Source of the DNA: Macrostomum lignano
Taxonomy: Eukaryota
Direction of reading: 5' to 3'
Length of the DNA: 64,000 bases
Assembly: GCA_002269645.1 (NCBI GenBank)
Contig: NIVC01000038.1
Coordinates: 1,178,001-1,242,000 of the forward strand
The notes under the pieces are model-generated. The model did not search any database and was not told the DNA's origin. It worked only from the letters and a program-made list of their open reading frames with translations. Below are positions 29,336 through 42,835 of this stretch, in pieces (position 1 is the first letter of the stretch; each line of letters begins with the position of its first letter). The translations under genes and the position numbers were made by a program.

Positions 29336-32300
29336 GGTAAGGGGTAAAACACTACCCAAGAAATGGGGTAACAGGCTACCCGATGATTTTAGGCGTCTAC
29401 CTGCTTCAAATCGTCCAGAAAATGCGGCTAACCTATGCAGCTTCTAGTGTGGAATTTTTTTAGGTGAAAAACTGAAAGATTATAATGAAATTCACGTTTA
29501 TTTTTGTTGGTAGTGTTTTACTCCAAAAAGCTACCCAAAACTACCCGACCCCTACCCCCGTCATTGAGAATCGAAAATCAATAGCTAAGCTTACTTTTAC
29601 ATCTTCTGCCATAATGTATAATATCAAGTGGTTTTAACGTGTATGAGCAAAGTTAGGGTAATGGGTAATTTGTTTTACTGTATTTTACTTTTGCATTTTT
29701 TAACAGGCATTTTCGTTTACGTTTGACTTAGTTATTATGTAGCCCGTTAAGCTAGTGTAAGGTGCAAACTAATATTAAAGCATCATTTTTTAGTTGATGC
29801 ATAGTATAGAAAATAAATTACATCTAATAGAGGCTTGGTATATTTTTGCCTCAATTCAAAGTGAATTTCACTGTTGAAGTTTTTTATGGTTAGGCCCTAG
29901 GCCTAACAATAACATTAAATTTATTCATTAAAAATTAAGCAGATTGTGTAAAGTATAAGTATGAAATGCCATATACCATATGTCAGCTGTCCTTTATAAG
30001 TTTATATATTTACGCTTTGTATACCAGAAGCATAATACTATGTTTACTCAATTATTTTTGGCCATGCCTTGTCTGTCACTACCATTGGGCATTCTATGGA
30101 TGGCTTTTGATAGGTTTATAGACTAAATGCTGATTTCTGATAAAAAAATCGATATAAGACCCAATAGATGTGCTATTTTAGCCCACTAGAAGCGCTTCTA
30201 ATAGGTTCTGAGCGACCGCGTTGCCGTCTTTCGAACGCATTTTGCATGCCCAATCAAAATGTAGCGTGGTCCGGATGATGTTGGGCGGTTCTACGAGTAT
30301 GTACTCGAGCTCGAATGGCTGGTATGGGCATGGATTACTTTAGTAAGTTGACCTGAGATTTTGAAAAGTCAAAATTTTTTCAAAATGATTGCCCACTTGC
30401 AAAATGACTCTTTCCCAATGATTTTGGCATGAGAAATCAAATGGCAAAACTCCGGAGACGCCAGGCAGTGAGGCAAAAAAGTTGGAGCTATTTTTAACTT
30501 TTTCTCGGCTTAGAGATTTGGAATCTCAAAGTTTGATATTCTAAAGTAGAAATCTCAAAGCATTGTATAGTGCATTTCTGTGCCTAAAAGTTCACTATCT
30601 ACGTATTTGTGCACCATTTGCACAGTACCTAGCGATATCACGGACCAGAATGGGGCGAATCCTGGGTGATTTAGTGAAAGTTGAGATGTTCCAAAAGTCA
30701 ATTAAGATAAATGTCAATTACGAAATTTATTGTTGCTCTAAATTGACTAAATTGATAAGAATCAGATGGTTCTTATGGATATAAAGAAAACACGTAGGAG
30801 CTAAGACAATATATTTCAAGGTCCAAGGAATAGAGAAATTACAAAATTACAGATGCAAAATGGATTACCAAAAGTACGCTGATTATGTCCAGAAATTTTT
30901 TGTCGGGATGCGTGTAGAGCACCCCAAGAGAATTACACTTTAAAACTTATTCTTCCAAATATGGCTAATGTATACGCATTGACCTAACAAATGGATTGCT
31001 ACTAACAGCTTGCTAGGTCTCATTTCTATTAGAAAAACAAACAGAAGACATGGATCACATTTTGTATCCTAGTTTAGTGTCTTAGAAATAAGTTCCTTTC
31101 ACTTATATTGATATTGCTTCCATAAACCACTATTAAAAGTCTATGAGATAACTGTTTCTTAAACATTTGTGTCCACAATGCATATTGTTTCTAGTACGGC
31201 TAGTGCGGGTTTCACAGATCAAGTGAATCCATATGGAAATTTTAAATAGATTATCTTGCTCATCCCACACGCCGTTTACGAAGCATCATCTGAGATTTTA
31301 CTTGCCGCGATTGCAGCTGCATCAGGACAACCGACTCTTGCTTGTCTCCTCCCAGCTCCTGCTCATTGCCGCCCAGCTCCTGCTCGTCGCCGCCCAGCTC
31401 CTGCTTGTCGCCGCCCAGCTCCTGCTCATCGCCGCCCAGCTCCTGCTTGTCGCCGCCCAGCTCCTGCTTGCCAATGTTTACTTCAAGGTTATTGACTAAC
31501 TCTTCGTTATAATGGCTATGATTGGGCTCATTGTTCTATAACGGAATAGCGGAGCAGAGATCAACCACAGAATAAAGCATCGAAGAACGCGGTCATTCCC
31601 ACAGAGCACCAACTGGGTGAGCAAACGTTGAAGTATACGTCGCATGTGTGGTGATGTGCACGGATGAGCAAGGCAAGGTTGGTGAGGTAAATTTACTGTC
31701 TAGATGGGGTAGAAAGACAACAAAGCCACTCTTTACCATTTTGGTGGTGCTTGCCATGGATTGCTCCACCATATACGCCATGTAGAAATATAGCCACTTT
31801 AGGCTCTTCAATGGAAGTAATAACAGACACTCGGTCTTTACCACACCGCTTGTAGCCATGCTGACTGTAAATGTGAACACAAGACGCAGTCATTCCACGA
31901 GTATAAACACAAAGCCTTTGGCATATACTGCGCAATGGTAGATCTTGTGGGAGTGCAAACACCACAATTACAGAACTATCAGGACATGGCAGTGGCGGAC
32001 TAGGCTGCAGTAAGTCTACAGTAGGTGTAGTCTATAGGAGGTTCAGCTGCAATTTTTATAGGATTTTAGAAGTCTAACATTAGTATCTAAATTGACAGAC
32101 ACTCAGAAAGACTGGATCAGAGACAATAGTACTACAGAGATACTATTTGTGCTTGTCCTATAGTTACTACACTTTACATTTATGAACCAACCCAATGCAA
32201 ACTGAAAACTAATGTATACCATCTGATACCAACTAATGCCAAGTAAATGCCAACTAATGCCAAGTGTCTGCCAAGTAAATGCCAACTAATGCTAAGTAAA

Positions 32301-34257
32301 TGCCAGGTAATGCCATGTAATCAGTTACTTGGCCAGGCCTAGGCCTATGGCATTTGCCAAGTAAATGCCAAGTAATGCCAGGCCTATGACAATCTAATAT
32401 TCTAAAAATGAAAATATATACTAATAATAGAATCTTCAGTTTGCAATACTCTAAGTTAGTTATTAAATAAGTTTGGACTTTAATTGTAATCATAACAGAT
32501 AAAAAGCAAAGTAAGGCACAAAATGCTATAATTGTATAAAACTTTTATCAGTCTAATTAGAAGGCTATGACAAAAAAGTACATATTGCATTTTGCTATTA
32601 TTCATTCCAAATTTTGTCTAAAAGATATTATAATTAGAAAATATAATAGGCCATCTTTAAAATATTCACTATTGAATATTTGAAAATTGATTTTGTATCA
32701 AAGCAATTTCTTTTAATGTTCAAATCATATAGGCCTAGTAAACTTTGTTAAAACACTCAAATATTCTACAATATTGTATTATATTTAGATGCCCAATTAA
32801 AGCATAAAATTATATTTTTTAAAATATCTTGAAAAATTACTATAAATATATAGGTGGTTAGACTGAAAGGAATCATCTTACTAATGAGCAACAAAGAGCA
32901 ATTAGCTTGAAAGTGAGCAAATCATTGAAGTCTAAATTCAAGAAGTATTCCAATCATTTAGATTGTGTAATTGCTATGACCCTCTAGATCACAATGCCTA
33001 GACTATAAGAAAGAGTGCCAAGCTGCTTGGGCACAACCACTACCAAAGAGAGGAAGTTTAGACAAGAGAAATATTAGAAGAAAAGTGTATTATATACTTT
33101 ATAAAGTATATATAAAGTGTATATAAGTTAGAACCAAGAGAAAGAATAATAGAGAGCCCTAGGGCAAAAATAGATAACAAACTAAGTCTAGTTATCAACT
33201 TAAAAGCATTTCCAATTTGCTATTAAATTTATGAGGCCAATAGACAAAGTGAGAAAGCAAATTTTAATAACCCCCATTAGATTATGGTCCTTTCCTAATT
33301 TATTCTTCCTATTGTCAAATTCTATAAGTATAATCAATATCATGGTTTTGCTATTCCCCAAACTTCATTAAAGTAGAGTAGGATAAAGTAAAACAGTAAC
33401 TCTAATTAGATCATGATCCATTCCTAAATATAGAAGTGCTTCATAGCCTGCCACAATATAAGAAGAATCTAAAATGAGTATTCAAAAACCTATCAAAAGC
33501 CATCCATAGCAATGCCCAATGGTAGTGACAGACAAGGCATGGCCAAAAATAATTGAGTAAACATAGTATTATGCTTCTGGTATACAAAGCGTAAATATAT
33601 AAACTTATAAAGGACAGCTGACATATGGTATATGGCATTTCATACTTATACTTTACACAATCTGCTTAATTTTTAATGAATAAATTTAATGTTAGGCCTA
33701 ACCATAAAAAACTTCAACAGTGAAATTCACTTTGAATTGAGGCAAAAATATACCAAGCCTCTATTAGATGTAATTTATTTTCTATACTATGCATCAACTA
33801 AAAAATTATGCTTTAATATTAGTTTGCACCTTACACTAGCTTAACGGGCTACACAATAACTAAGTTGCCAAACGTAAACGAAAATGCCTGTTAAAAATGC
33901 GAAAGTAAAATACAGTAAAACAAATTACCCATTACCCTAACTTTGCTCATACACGTTAAAACCACTTGATATTATACATTATGGCAGAAGATGTAAAAGT
34001 AAGCTTAGCTATTGATTTTCGATTCTCAATGACGGGGGTAGGGGTCGGGTAGTTTTGGGTAGCTTTTTGGAGTAAAACACTACCAACAAAAATAAACGTG
34101 AATTTCATTATAATCTTTCAGTTTTTCACCTAAAAAAATTCCACACTAGAAGCTGCATAGGTTAGGCACATTTTCTGGACAATTTGAAGCAAGTAGATGC
34201 CTAAAATCATCAGGTAGCTTGTTACCCCATTTTTTGGGTAGTGTATTACCCCTTACC
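29336..34257. mobile_element. 4,922-bp Mutator-like (MULE) non-autonomous element with ~780-bp terminal inverted repeats
   Basis: 29336-~30117 is the reverse complement of ~33487-34257 (imperfect, small indels). Termini GGTAAGGGG...CCCCTTACC. Perfect 9-bp TSD AAAAATTAA at 29327-29335 and 34258-34266. No intact transposase seen. Confidence 0.85.
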
Positions 34258-34479
34258 AAAAATTAAAGTTCTATGCCTTTTTTAAGATGGTGCAAATCAA
34301 TTAATCAAAGAATATAACAATATATGAGTTTGTATCAGTTATCACAATATGTATTTTTATTTTATATATTTATATGATATATATTATAATTATATTGCAT
34401 ACATTGTTCAAGTTAAACTAAATTTGGCAATGACCAATGTTCTAGACCTAGTTAGTTCCCCATTTCTGTGTTAAATTAA

Positions 34480-35070
34480 GGGTCATTTCACAAACCCTAA
34501 TTTTCACAACGTCGAAACCAGAACCTTTCATAAGACCCATATTTCATAACACCTAAAAGGCATGCACAGAATTTCAAAAGCCCTAAATTTTACTATCTCT
34601 AAATTTCACAAACCCTAAATATCACAACGTCAAAAATTAAATTTGCTTCTATTTTCAGAAGCTCTAAATTTCACAATGCCTAAAAACACTATGGAGATAC
34701 AATCTTTCACAAGACCTAAATTTCACAACATCTAAAAGCACGTCTGATAGATTGTATCTCCATAGTGTTTTTAGACGTTGTGAAATTTAGAGCTTGTGAA
34801 ATTTAGAGCTTGTGAAATTTAGAGCTTATGAAATTCTGTGCACAACTTTTTGACGTTGTGAAAATTAGGTCTTATGAAAAGTATGGCTTGTGAAATTTAT
34901 AGTTTATGCAGTCTGATACAAGTTTTGTTTTCGACGTTGTGAAATTTAGAGCTTATGAAATACTATGCACAACTTTTCGACAATGTGAAAATTAGGGTTT
35001 ATGAAATTTAGAGCTTATGAAAGTTTGTGTCTTGCGACATTGTGAAATTTAGGGCTTGTGAAAGTGACCC
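34480..35070. mobile_element. 591-bp Kolobok-like MITE (TTAA TSD) with inverted subterminal repeat arrays
   Basis: TTAA|GGGTCATTTCACAA...TTGTGAAAGTGACCC|TTAA. The interior has TTTCACAA-type repeats on the left and TTGTGAAA on the right. Confidence 0.75.
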
Positions 35071-35559
35071 TTAAATTATTCTAAATTCTTACCTATTTTT
35101 CTTCCTTTTCATTTTTCAACCATGCACACATTTATCAATCACTGTCTACATTTTATTAATTTTGTTGATCTGAAAATTCTAATTTTGTTGTCTTTGTTGG
35201 TCAGCAGTGTCTTGCTGCTTAGGCACTGAAGCTACCCAAGGTAATTCGTACTGATGATAGCCCATAAAGTACATATAGGTATGTTGAAACCTATGGATTT
35301 TGAACCCAGGGAATTCTAATCCTGGGAACTATTATTGCATGTATTCTAAAATCTAAGGCCATACACAAACAAAAACTTGTTAATAGTTAGTAGGATAGAG
35401 GTAGACATAAAATGGAAACATTCATGTAAAATTAGGGTTTGAGGCAAACATTGATATTGTTGGCTAGGGTATTGCACAAAATGTCAGGCAATGTCTGTTT
35501 GACTCTAAAACATTTATTGGCAAACTCTGGTCTCTCCCTGACTCTCCCTATGTCTCTTG

Positions 35560-36420
35560 GATCCTTTAAAATTTCTATTGTCTCTTCTGTTTCCTCTCTT
35601 CTCTCTAATCCCTCATCTCTCCTCTCTCCCCTCTTCTCTCGTATCTTCCCTCATCTCTTTTCTCTCTCGTCTTTGCTCTCTTATCTTTCCTTTTTCTTCT
35701 TTTATCTTTTCTCTCTTATCTCTTCTCATTTCTCTCTGCTCCCCTCTCTCTCTCTCTCTCTCTTATCTCTCCTCTCTCTACTCTCTCCCCTCCCTATTCT
35801 CTTTCCTCTCCTCTCTCCTTACTCACTTCTCTCCCTTTGTCTTTCCTCTCTTCTCTTGTCTCTGTAATCTCTCCTCCATTCTCTCTACTCTCCCATCTTT
35901 CATCTGTTCACTCTTGTCTCTGCTCTCTCATCCCCCTCTTTATTCTGGCATTTCTGTCTTATATCTTCTCTCACCTCTCTCCTCTATACTCTTTTCTTTC
36001 CCCTCTTTTGACTCTTCACTTTCCTTTCTCTTTTTTTCTTTTCTCTTTTCTTCCTTTTTCTATACTCTCTCTCCCTCTCTTCTCTCTCTCCACTCTCCTC
36101 TCTCCTTTATCTCTCATCTCTCATTTCTCATCTCTCCTTCCACCTCTCTTATCTCTATAACCTTAGAGATGTAGAGATGTAGGCCTATCTTTATCTCTTC
36201 TCTCTTCCCTTTACTCTCTCATCTCTTCTTTCACCTCTTTCCTCTCTGCTTTCCTTTCTGCTATCTCCCGTCTCCTCTCATCTGCAGCTCTCTGCTCTCA
36301 TCTCTACTCTGTCCCCTTTTCTCCCCCTCTCTCTTATCATTCTCACTCCCTCATCTCTCCTATTATCTTTTCTTTTATCCCCTCTGTCATCTCTTCTCTC
36401 TTCAAATTGTCTATTCCTTT
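35560..36420. repeat. CT-rich low-complexity tract
   Basis: Polypyrimidine; explains the L/S-rich ORFs. Confidence 0.9.
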
Positions 36421-38737
36421 TTCTTTCCACTTTCATCTGCCCTTCAGCTATGAGCTGGATTCTTTATCTGGCCTTTGAGGTTAAAAGTCTGCCCATCCCT
36501 GCTTGGAAAGCCAGTTTGTGGGACGTAGTACTCTCATGGTTGTTCTCATGCTTTGATCATGTCATCTTTCTTGCCAATTTTCAGCCCTGAAAGGAATTTG
36601 TGTATCTTCAGTTCCACTGCAGTCTGCATCAGTCTAACAACCAAGGAAATATACATTTCTTAGGGTGCCATTTAAAGTTTACACAGTACCTTTAAAAGAA
36701 ACCTAAAATTTCCATGGTGTACCTAATTTAGTAGGGTTGTATTGCATTGCATCGCATTGCCTTTTCATAAATCTTTTGCTTTTACAAACCATGCTGGATT
36801 CCCTCGATTTGCCAATTGCCATCCACTGTTAAACTGCTGCAGAGTTTGCCAATACAGAGGGGAGGGTTGTGGTTAGAATTTCTCACTAAACTGTTATGGA
36901 TAAATATAGCCTCTCAACTCTTGGGGTGTAGAGAAGGCTATAAATAAAGTTATTCCAAAACACTGTGCATTGCCATGTACATTCAGTCCTATCGCCTGAT
37001 CATTTGTCTGGCTTTAGGGGAATGAGTGAGAGAATGGCACAAACAACAGAAAAAACAGACAAACTTCACATGCTTATAGTTTCTTCTCTGAATGCATTAC
37101 AGAGTTGAAACTTTACATTTAGACAGAGAATGAGTCAATGAAGAATTGTGTCAAGTTTAAAGTCAATCGCTTTATGGGGAGCAAACTTATAGCAGCTTAA
37201 AGTTAGTCAATTTTGATTGAAACCTTACAAATCTGGGCCCAGATCGGGATCAGGAAAGAGGCAGGCAGGCAGAGGTGGGGTTGTTGCTAGGCTGAAAAAA
37301 CAGCCTAACTTTAAAAGTGCACAGCGCCACTCAGGATTAACTTTGAGACTCAAAAGTTTACATGATTGTGCCAAAATAGTTTAAGATTGTCTGTGTCAAA
37401 TTTGAAAAGAATCGGTAGAAGTGGAGTGGCACTATAAAGGATTTATTGAAAAAATCACACATTCTGAGCAGTTTTTTGTACTTTTAGGTAGGAAGACTTG
37501 AGTCTAGGAAATTTAAAGGTAGCCTAAGACATTCTCCATAGTAAGTTTAGGGTGGGTGTAAAGTTTGGTGGCATTTGGTTGAGCAGTTTGGGAGTCCATA
37601 GCAATCAAAATTGTCCACAGACAGACAGACAGACACACAGAGTTTTGATTTTTAAATAGTTAGTTAGAGTTAGAGTTAGCCAAATAGTTAGAGATAAGTT
37701 CAAGTTCAAGTATAACAATTACACTTTAACAACTTAGTGGCTAAACAGTCAGAGCCAGGTGTTAGGTGGACGCGCGTGTCAATGGGGTTTAATCAAATTA
37801 GTCAACTGGCAGATGTAATTGGTGCTATCAACTGTACGCATGTTCGAATTCAAAGGAGGATCTTGTAGGATAGAAGGAATAGCAAAGAAGTGCTACAACA
37901 TCTATTATAATCATCTGTCATATGAAACTAGGACTAGGACATTGCTATAATTGATTGTCTTTTTTTAATTTAGTTAATAAAAAGTTGAATATGCCTAAAT
38001 CTTAATATGAGCTATAGACTTAATTTAATCAAAGTTTATGAGTTTTGATATAAACAAAGTCATTTTCATTGAAACAATAGGAATACCAAAGATATATTAA
38101 CTTGAGCCTCTTTAGATAGGTCTAATATTTGCAAAAAGATAGTCTAGGCTTGAAATATATATGGAATATTTTTAAATTGAAGATTTAGAATTTTGTCAAG
38201 ATTTCAATCAAGTATATTGCCTTTGCCTACTAATAATCTAATATAAAAGGGTGGTTAAGAAAAAAATAGGCTAGTATATACTACTAGCAGTGCTAGCACT
38301 CGCAATAACCAGCTGTAGTTGTTCCTTTCATTGGTATTAGTTAATTTTTATATTTAATTGTATGTCTGCCTATATAGTATACTGGTAAAGTTTTATTTAA
38401 ACAACCATAAGAATGTTTTTTCTTAACCTTTATTAAACCATTGTCTAGTTTACTACTCTTGGCTTTATGCTAGCTTTGTACTTTCAATTTTCTAATAGTA
38501 TTTTATAGCTCCCTGTAATTCACCCTAGTTTATTACTACCCTATAATCCTGATAGATTGCTATATAACTCATCAATAAAAAGTGATGCAAAACCATTGCA
38601 CCCCATTGCATATTTTGTCTAGTTGCTGAGTATATAATAGCAAAGCTAAGACACTAAAACTAAAGCAGTAAATGAGGCTAATGATCTATTATAATTTAAA
38701 AATCATTTATTTATGCTATATATGCTATTCAAAGATC

Positions 38738-41700
38738 ATGACAGATGCAAAATATATTGCTGTTCTTGATGTTGGTTCTTCAAGTGCTCGGGTTCACATC
38801 TATAATGAAGAGGCCACAATTATACTTAGCAAAAGTGCCAAGGCAGGTGTTAACTATAATTGATTTATTAATCAAGTACTTCAGAGTCTACAACAGAATA
38901 ATTTTAATATCCACATAAATAGGTAACTGCCTTGCATCCAGAGCCATTGCAAACTGAATATGACCCAGAGGATCTGTGGAAAGTTTGTAAAGGAATATTA
39001 GAGGAAGCTTTTGCTGGTAAGAGTGACCTCGTGTATCATTACTTACATATTGCATATTGCAGTGTTCAATAATCAATAGCAATTACTCTAGTTTGCACTG
39101 CAACCACCCACTGCACCATAGAACCTCACTGCATACTGCTGCACCCACCCCACTCCATACCACTACACCCACCCCACTCCATACCGCATCACCCACCCCA
39201 CTCTATACTGCAGCACCCACCCCACTCCATACTGCAGCACCCACCCCACTCCGTACCACTACACCCACCCCACTCCGTACCGCCGCACCCACCTCACTCT
39301 ATACCGCTACACCCACCCCACTCCATACCGCATCACCCACCCCACTCCATACCACCGCATTCACCCCACTCCATACCGCTGCACCCACCCCACTCCATAC
39401 CGCAACACCCACCCCACTCCATACCGCAACATCCATTCCACTCCATACCGCAACACCCACCCCACTCCATACCGCCGCACCCACCCCACTCCATACCGCC
39501 GCACCCACCCCACTCCATACCGCCGCACCCACCCCACTCCATACCGCCGCATTCACCCCACTCCATACCGCAACACCCACCTCACTCTATACCGCCGCAC
39601 CCACCCCACTCCATACCGCCGCACCCACCTCCCCGCAGAGGTGGCGCCCAGCCAGATTCGAGGCCTGGGCATCACAGTAATGCGCAACTCAGTCACAGCG
39701 TGGGAACGTGACAGTGGCAAGCCGCTGATGCCCATCATCTCCTGGCAGGACCGGCGGGCCGGTAAAGATTGCGCAATCTGGAATCGATCTCTGAGAATGC
39801 GGGCATTCAGGGCGGCGTGCTGGGCTCTGTACAAGCTTACTGGCCGAGCGAAATTCTTGGCTGCGTCTGTGCTACAGTTCAAAATCGGTATGCCGGTTAT
39901 TCAATTGGTGAAGCTCTTTGCCGAGAACCCGGCCCTGTTAGAGAGGGCCAGGCGCGGCGAGATTTGCGTTGGCTGCAATGAGTCCTGGCTGTTGTGGCGT
40001 TTGACCGAGGGCAGGACGTTTGCCACCGATTATTCTTGCGCCAGCACTACCGGAATGTACGATCCGTTTGGGGTGAGAATTCTGTCAGTCACTCATTTAC
40101 TCACTCACTCACTCAATCATATAATCACTCATTTACTCACTCACTCACTTAATCATTCATTCATTCACTCATTTACTCACTCACTCACTTAATCATATAG
40201 TCACTCATTTACTCACTCACTCACTTAATCATATAATCACTCATCTACTCACTCACTCACTTAATCATATAATCACTCATTTACTCACTCACTCACTTAA
40301 TCATATAGTCACTCATCTACTCACTCACTCACTTAATCATATAATCACTCATTTACTCACTCACTCACTTAATCATATAGTCACTCATCTACTCACTCAC
40401 TCACTTAATCATATAATCACTCATTTACTCACTCACTCACTTAATCATATAATCACTCATTTACTCACTCACTCACTTAATCATATAGTCACTCATCTAC
40501 TCACTCACTCACTTAATCATATAATCACTCATTTACTCACTCACTCACTTAATCATATAGTCACTCATCTACTCACTCACTCACTTAATCATATAATCAC
40601 TCATTTACTCACTCACTTAATCATCTAATCACTCCTTTACTCACTCACTCAATCATCTAATCACTCCTTTACTCACTCAATCATTCAATCACTCTTTTAC
40701 TCACTCACTCACTCACCATCCAGCTGGAGTGGAGCCCCATCGTGGTGTCCGCCCTGCTGCACATGCCTCTGCGCATGCTACCGGAAGTCCAGCCCACAGC
40801 CGGCCAGTTCGGCCACACCGATCTGTTCCCCGGCGGTCCGGTGGACATCACCTCAATTTCTGGCGATCAGAGCGCCGCCACCTTTGGCGAGTTGTGCCAC
40901 CAGCCCGACCAGGTGAAGGTCACCCTTGGCACCGGCACGTTTCTGGACTGGAACACCGGCAAAGAGCCTTATGCGTCGATGAAAGGCCTCTACCCCGTGA
41001 TTGGCTGGGTCATTGATGGTGATCAGAGCGGACCGACCTACATGATCGAAGGTAGTCACGCAGACACAGGCAACACACTGGATTGGGGCTGCGCTATGGG
41101 ATTTTATCCCAGCGTGTCGGAGGCCGAGTCTGCGGCTTTGACAGTGGCGGGTAAGTGGCTTCTGTCTGTCTGTCTGTCTGTCTGTCTGTCGGTCTGTCTG
41201 TCTGTCTGTTTGTCTGCCTGTCTGTTTGTCTGTCTGCCTGTCTGTCTGCCTGTCTGTCTGCCTGTCTGTCTTTAGGTCTGTCAGTGTGTCTGTCTGCCTG
41301 CCTGTCTTTCTGTGTCTGTAAGATTCAAGCTTGTGAAGCTTCGTGTCTTCAAGAATTTCTAAATTTAAGCCTGTAAAAGCAATCAACTACTTTTAGTAGC
41401 TAAATCGTGCACAATCTAGCCAAGTTTTTTTTAAATATCGCACTCGCAGACTCTGGCGGAGTGTTCTTTGTGCCATGTTTCACCTGGTCGGCTGTGCCGG
41501 TCTTTGATCCGGCCGCGTGCGCTGGCTTCCTAGGAGTTAACCTTGGTACAAGCAGGGAGCACATGGCCAGGGCCCTGCTTGAGGCGGTCATATTTCAGAC
41601 TAAAGCCATTGCGGAAGCCTTCCGATTGGAGACTGGCAAGAAACCGGCTGTGTTGCGGTGAGATTTACAGAAAAATTCATTTTATTTGTTGCAATTTTTA

Positions 41701-42092
41701 TTTTTAGTTAAAAAGTCCTCAACCGTCTACTTACTGTGCTGTAAGTAGGCTAGTTGCGTATTTTGCTAGATGAATTTATCTATGGCTCTTCAAACCCGCC
41801 AATCTCTAATTTTAGTTGCAACGGTGGCGTCAGCGCCAGCGATTTTATCATGCAGGGAATTGCCGATTTACTCGATTGCGATGTGGTCCGCGGTTCGAAT
41901 CGCGAAGCAACGTCGCTCGGTTGCGCATTTTTAACGGCGATCGCTGCAGGACTGTGGAGCCAGGCTGAGATTGGCCAGAGGTTCGACAGCATTGAGCGAC
42001 GTTTCCAGCCCAGGCCTGAGGCCGCTCAACGGCTGGCTAGGGATTATGAGAAATGGAAAGTGGCCGTACAAAGGTGCTACTCCTGGTACTGA
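38738..42092 (+). CDS. GK5: Glycerol kinase 5 (FGGY family), ~514 aa (exons 38738-38842, 38923-39016, 39639-40072, 40724-41150, 41450-41657, 41816-42092)
   Basis: [23 protein letters not shown]...[49 protein letters not shown]...LGCAFL, and C-terminal AVQRCYSWY. The insertion after SWQD and the ending are typical of GK5. Phases sum to 1,545 nt. Confidence 0.93.
39120..39630. repeat. Intronic 24-bp tandem repeat (CCACCCCACTCCATACCGCCGCAC) in GK5 intron 2
   Basis: Runs up to the acceptor at 39638. Confidence 0.95.
40085..40715. repeat. Intronic (ACTC)n-derived ~36-40-bp repeat filling GK5 intron 3
   Basis: Direct reading. Confidence 0.9.
41160..41310. repeat. (CTGT)n microsatellite in GK5 intron 4
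   Basis: Direct reading. Confidence 0.9.
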
Positions 42093-42109
42093 ACTGACCT
42101 AGGGGCTGC

Positions 42110-42835
42110 TGTGGGGGGGGTCAACTGACCTCCCTAAGCTATAGTATAAGAGTCAACTTGGCTTTTTTGTGTGCGGAGGTCTATTGATTTTCTTATTACT
42201 TAATTTTACCGGGGTCACTTGACCTCCCTGTTCCTTGACCTAGAAGTACATGTATAGGGGTCAATGGACCTCCCCATTCCTCGATCTTGGAGTATAGGGG
42301 TCAACTGACCTCCCCGTTCCTCGATCTTGGAGTATAGGGGTCAATGGACCTCCCCATTCCTCGATCTTGGAGTATAGGGGTCAAGTGACCTCCCTGTTCC
42401 TTAATCTAGGAGTATAGGGGTCAATTGACCTCCCTGTTCCTCAATCTAAGAGTATAGGGGTCAAGTGACCTCCCTGTTTCTCAATCTAGGAGTATAGGGG
42501 TCAACTGACCTATCTGTTCCTCAATCTAGGAGTATAGGGGTCAACTGACCTATCTGTTCCTCAATCTAGGAGTATAGGGGTCAACTGACCTATCTGTTCC
42601 TCAATCTAGGAGTATAGGGGTCAACTGACCTATCTGCTCCTCAATCTAGGAGTACAGAGGTCAACTGACCTATCTGTTCCTCAATCTAGGAGTATAGGGG
42701 TCAACTGACCTATCTGCTCCTCAATCTAGGAGTACAGAGGTCAACTGACCTCCCTGTTCCTCGATCTAGGAGTATAGGGGTCAACTGACCTCCCTGTTCC
42801 TCGATCTATAAGTATAGGAGTCAACTGACCTCCTT
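42110..42835. repeat. 40-bp tandem repeat (GGGGTCAACTGACCTCCCTGTTCCTCGATCTAGGAGTATA) starting just after the GK5 stop
   Basis: About 16 copies, with degenerate copies on the left. Confidence 0.92.

Noticed and set aside
34476-35074. piggyBac assignment for the TTAA-flanked MITE
   Set aside because: The termini are GGG...CCC, not the CC...GG typical of piggyBac; Kolobok fits better.
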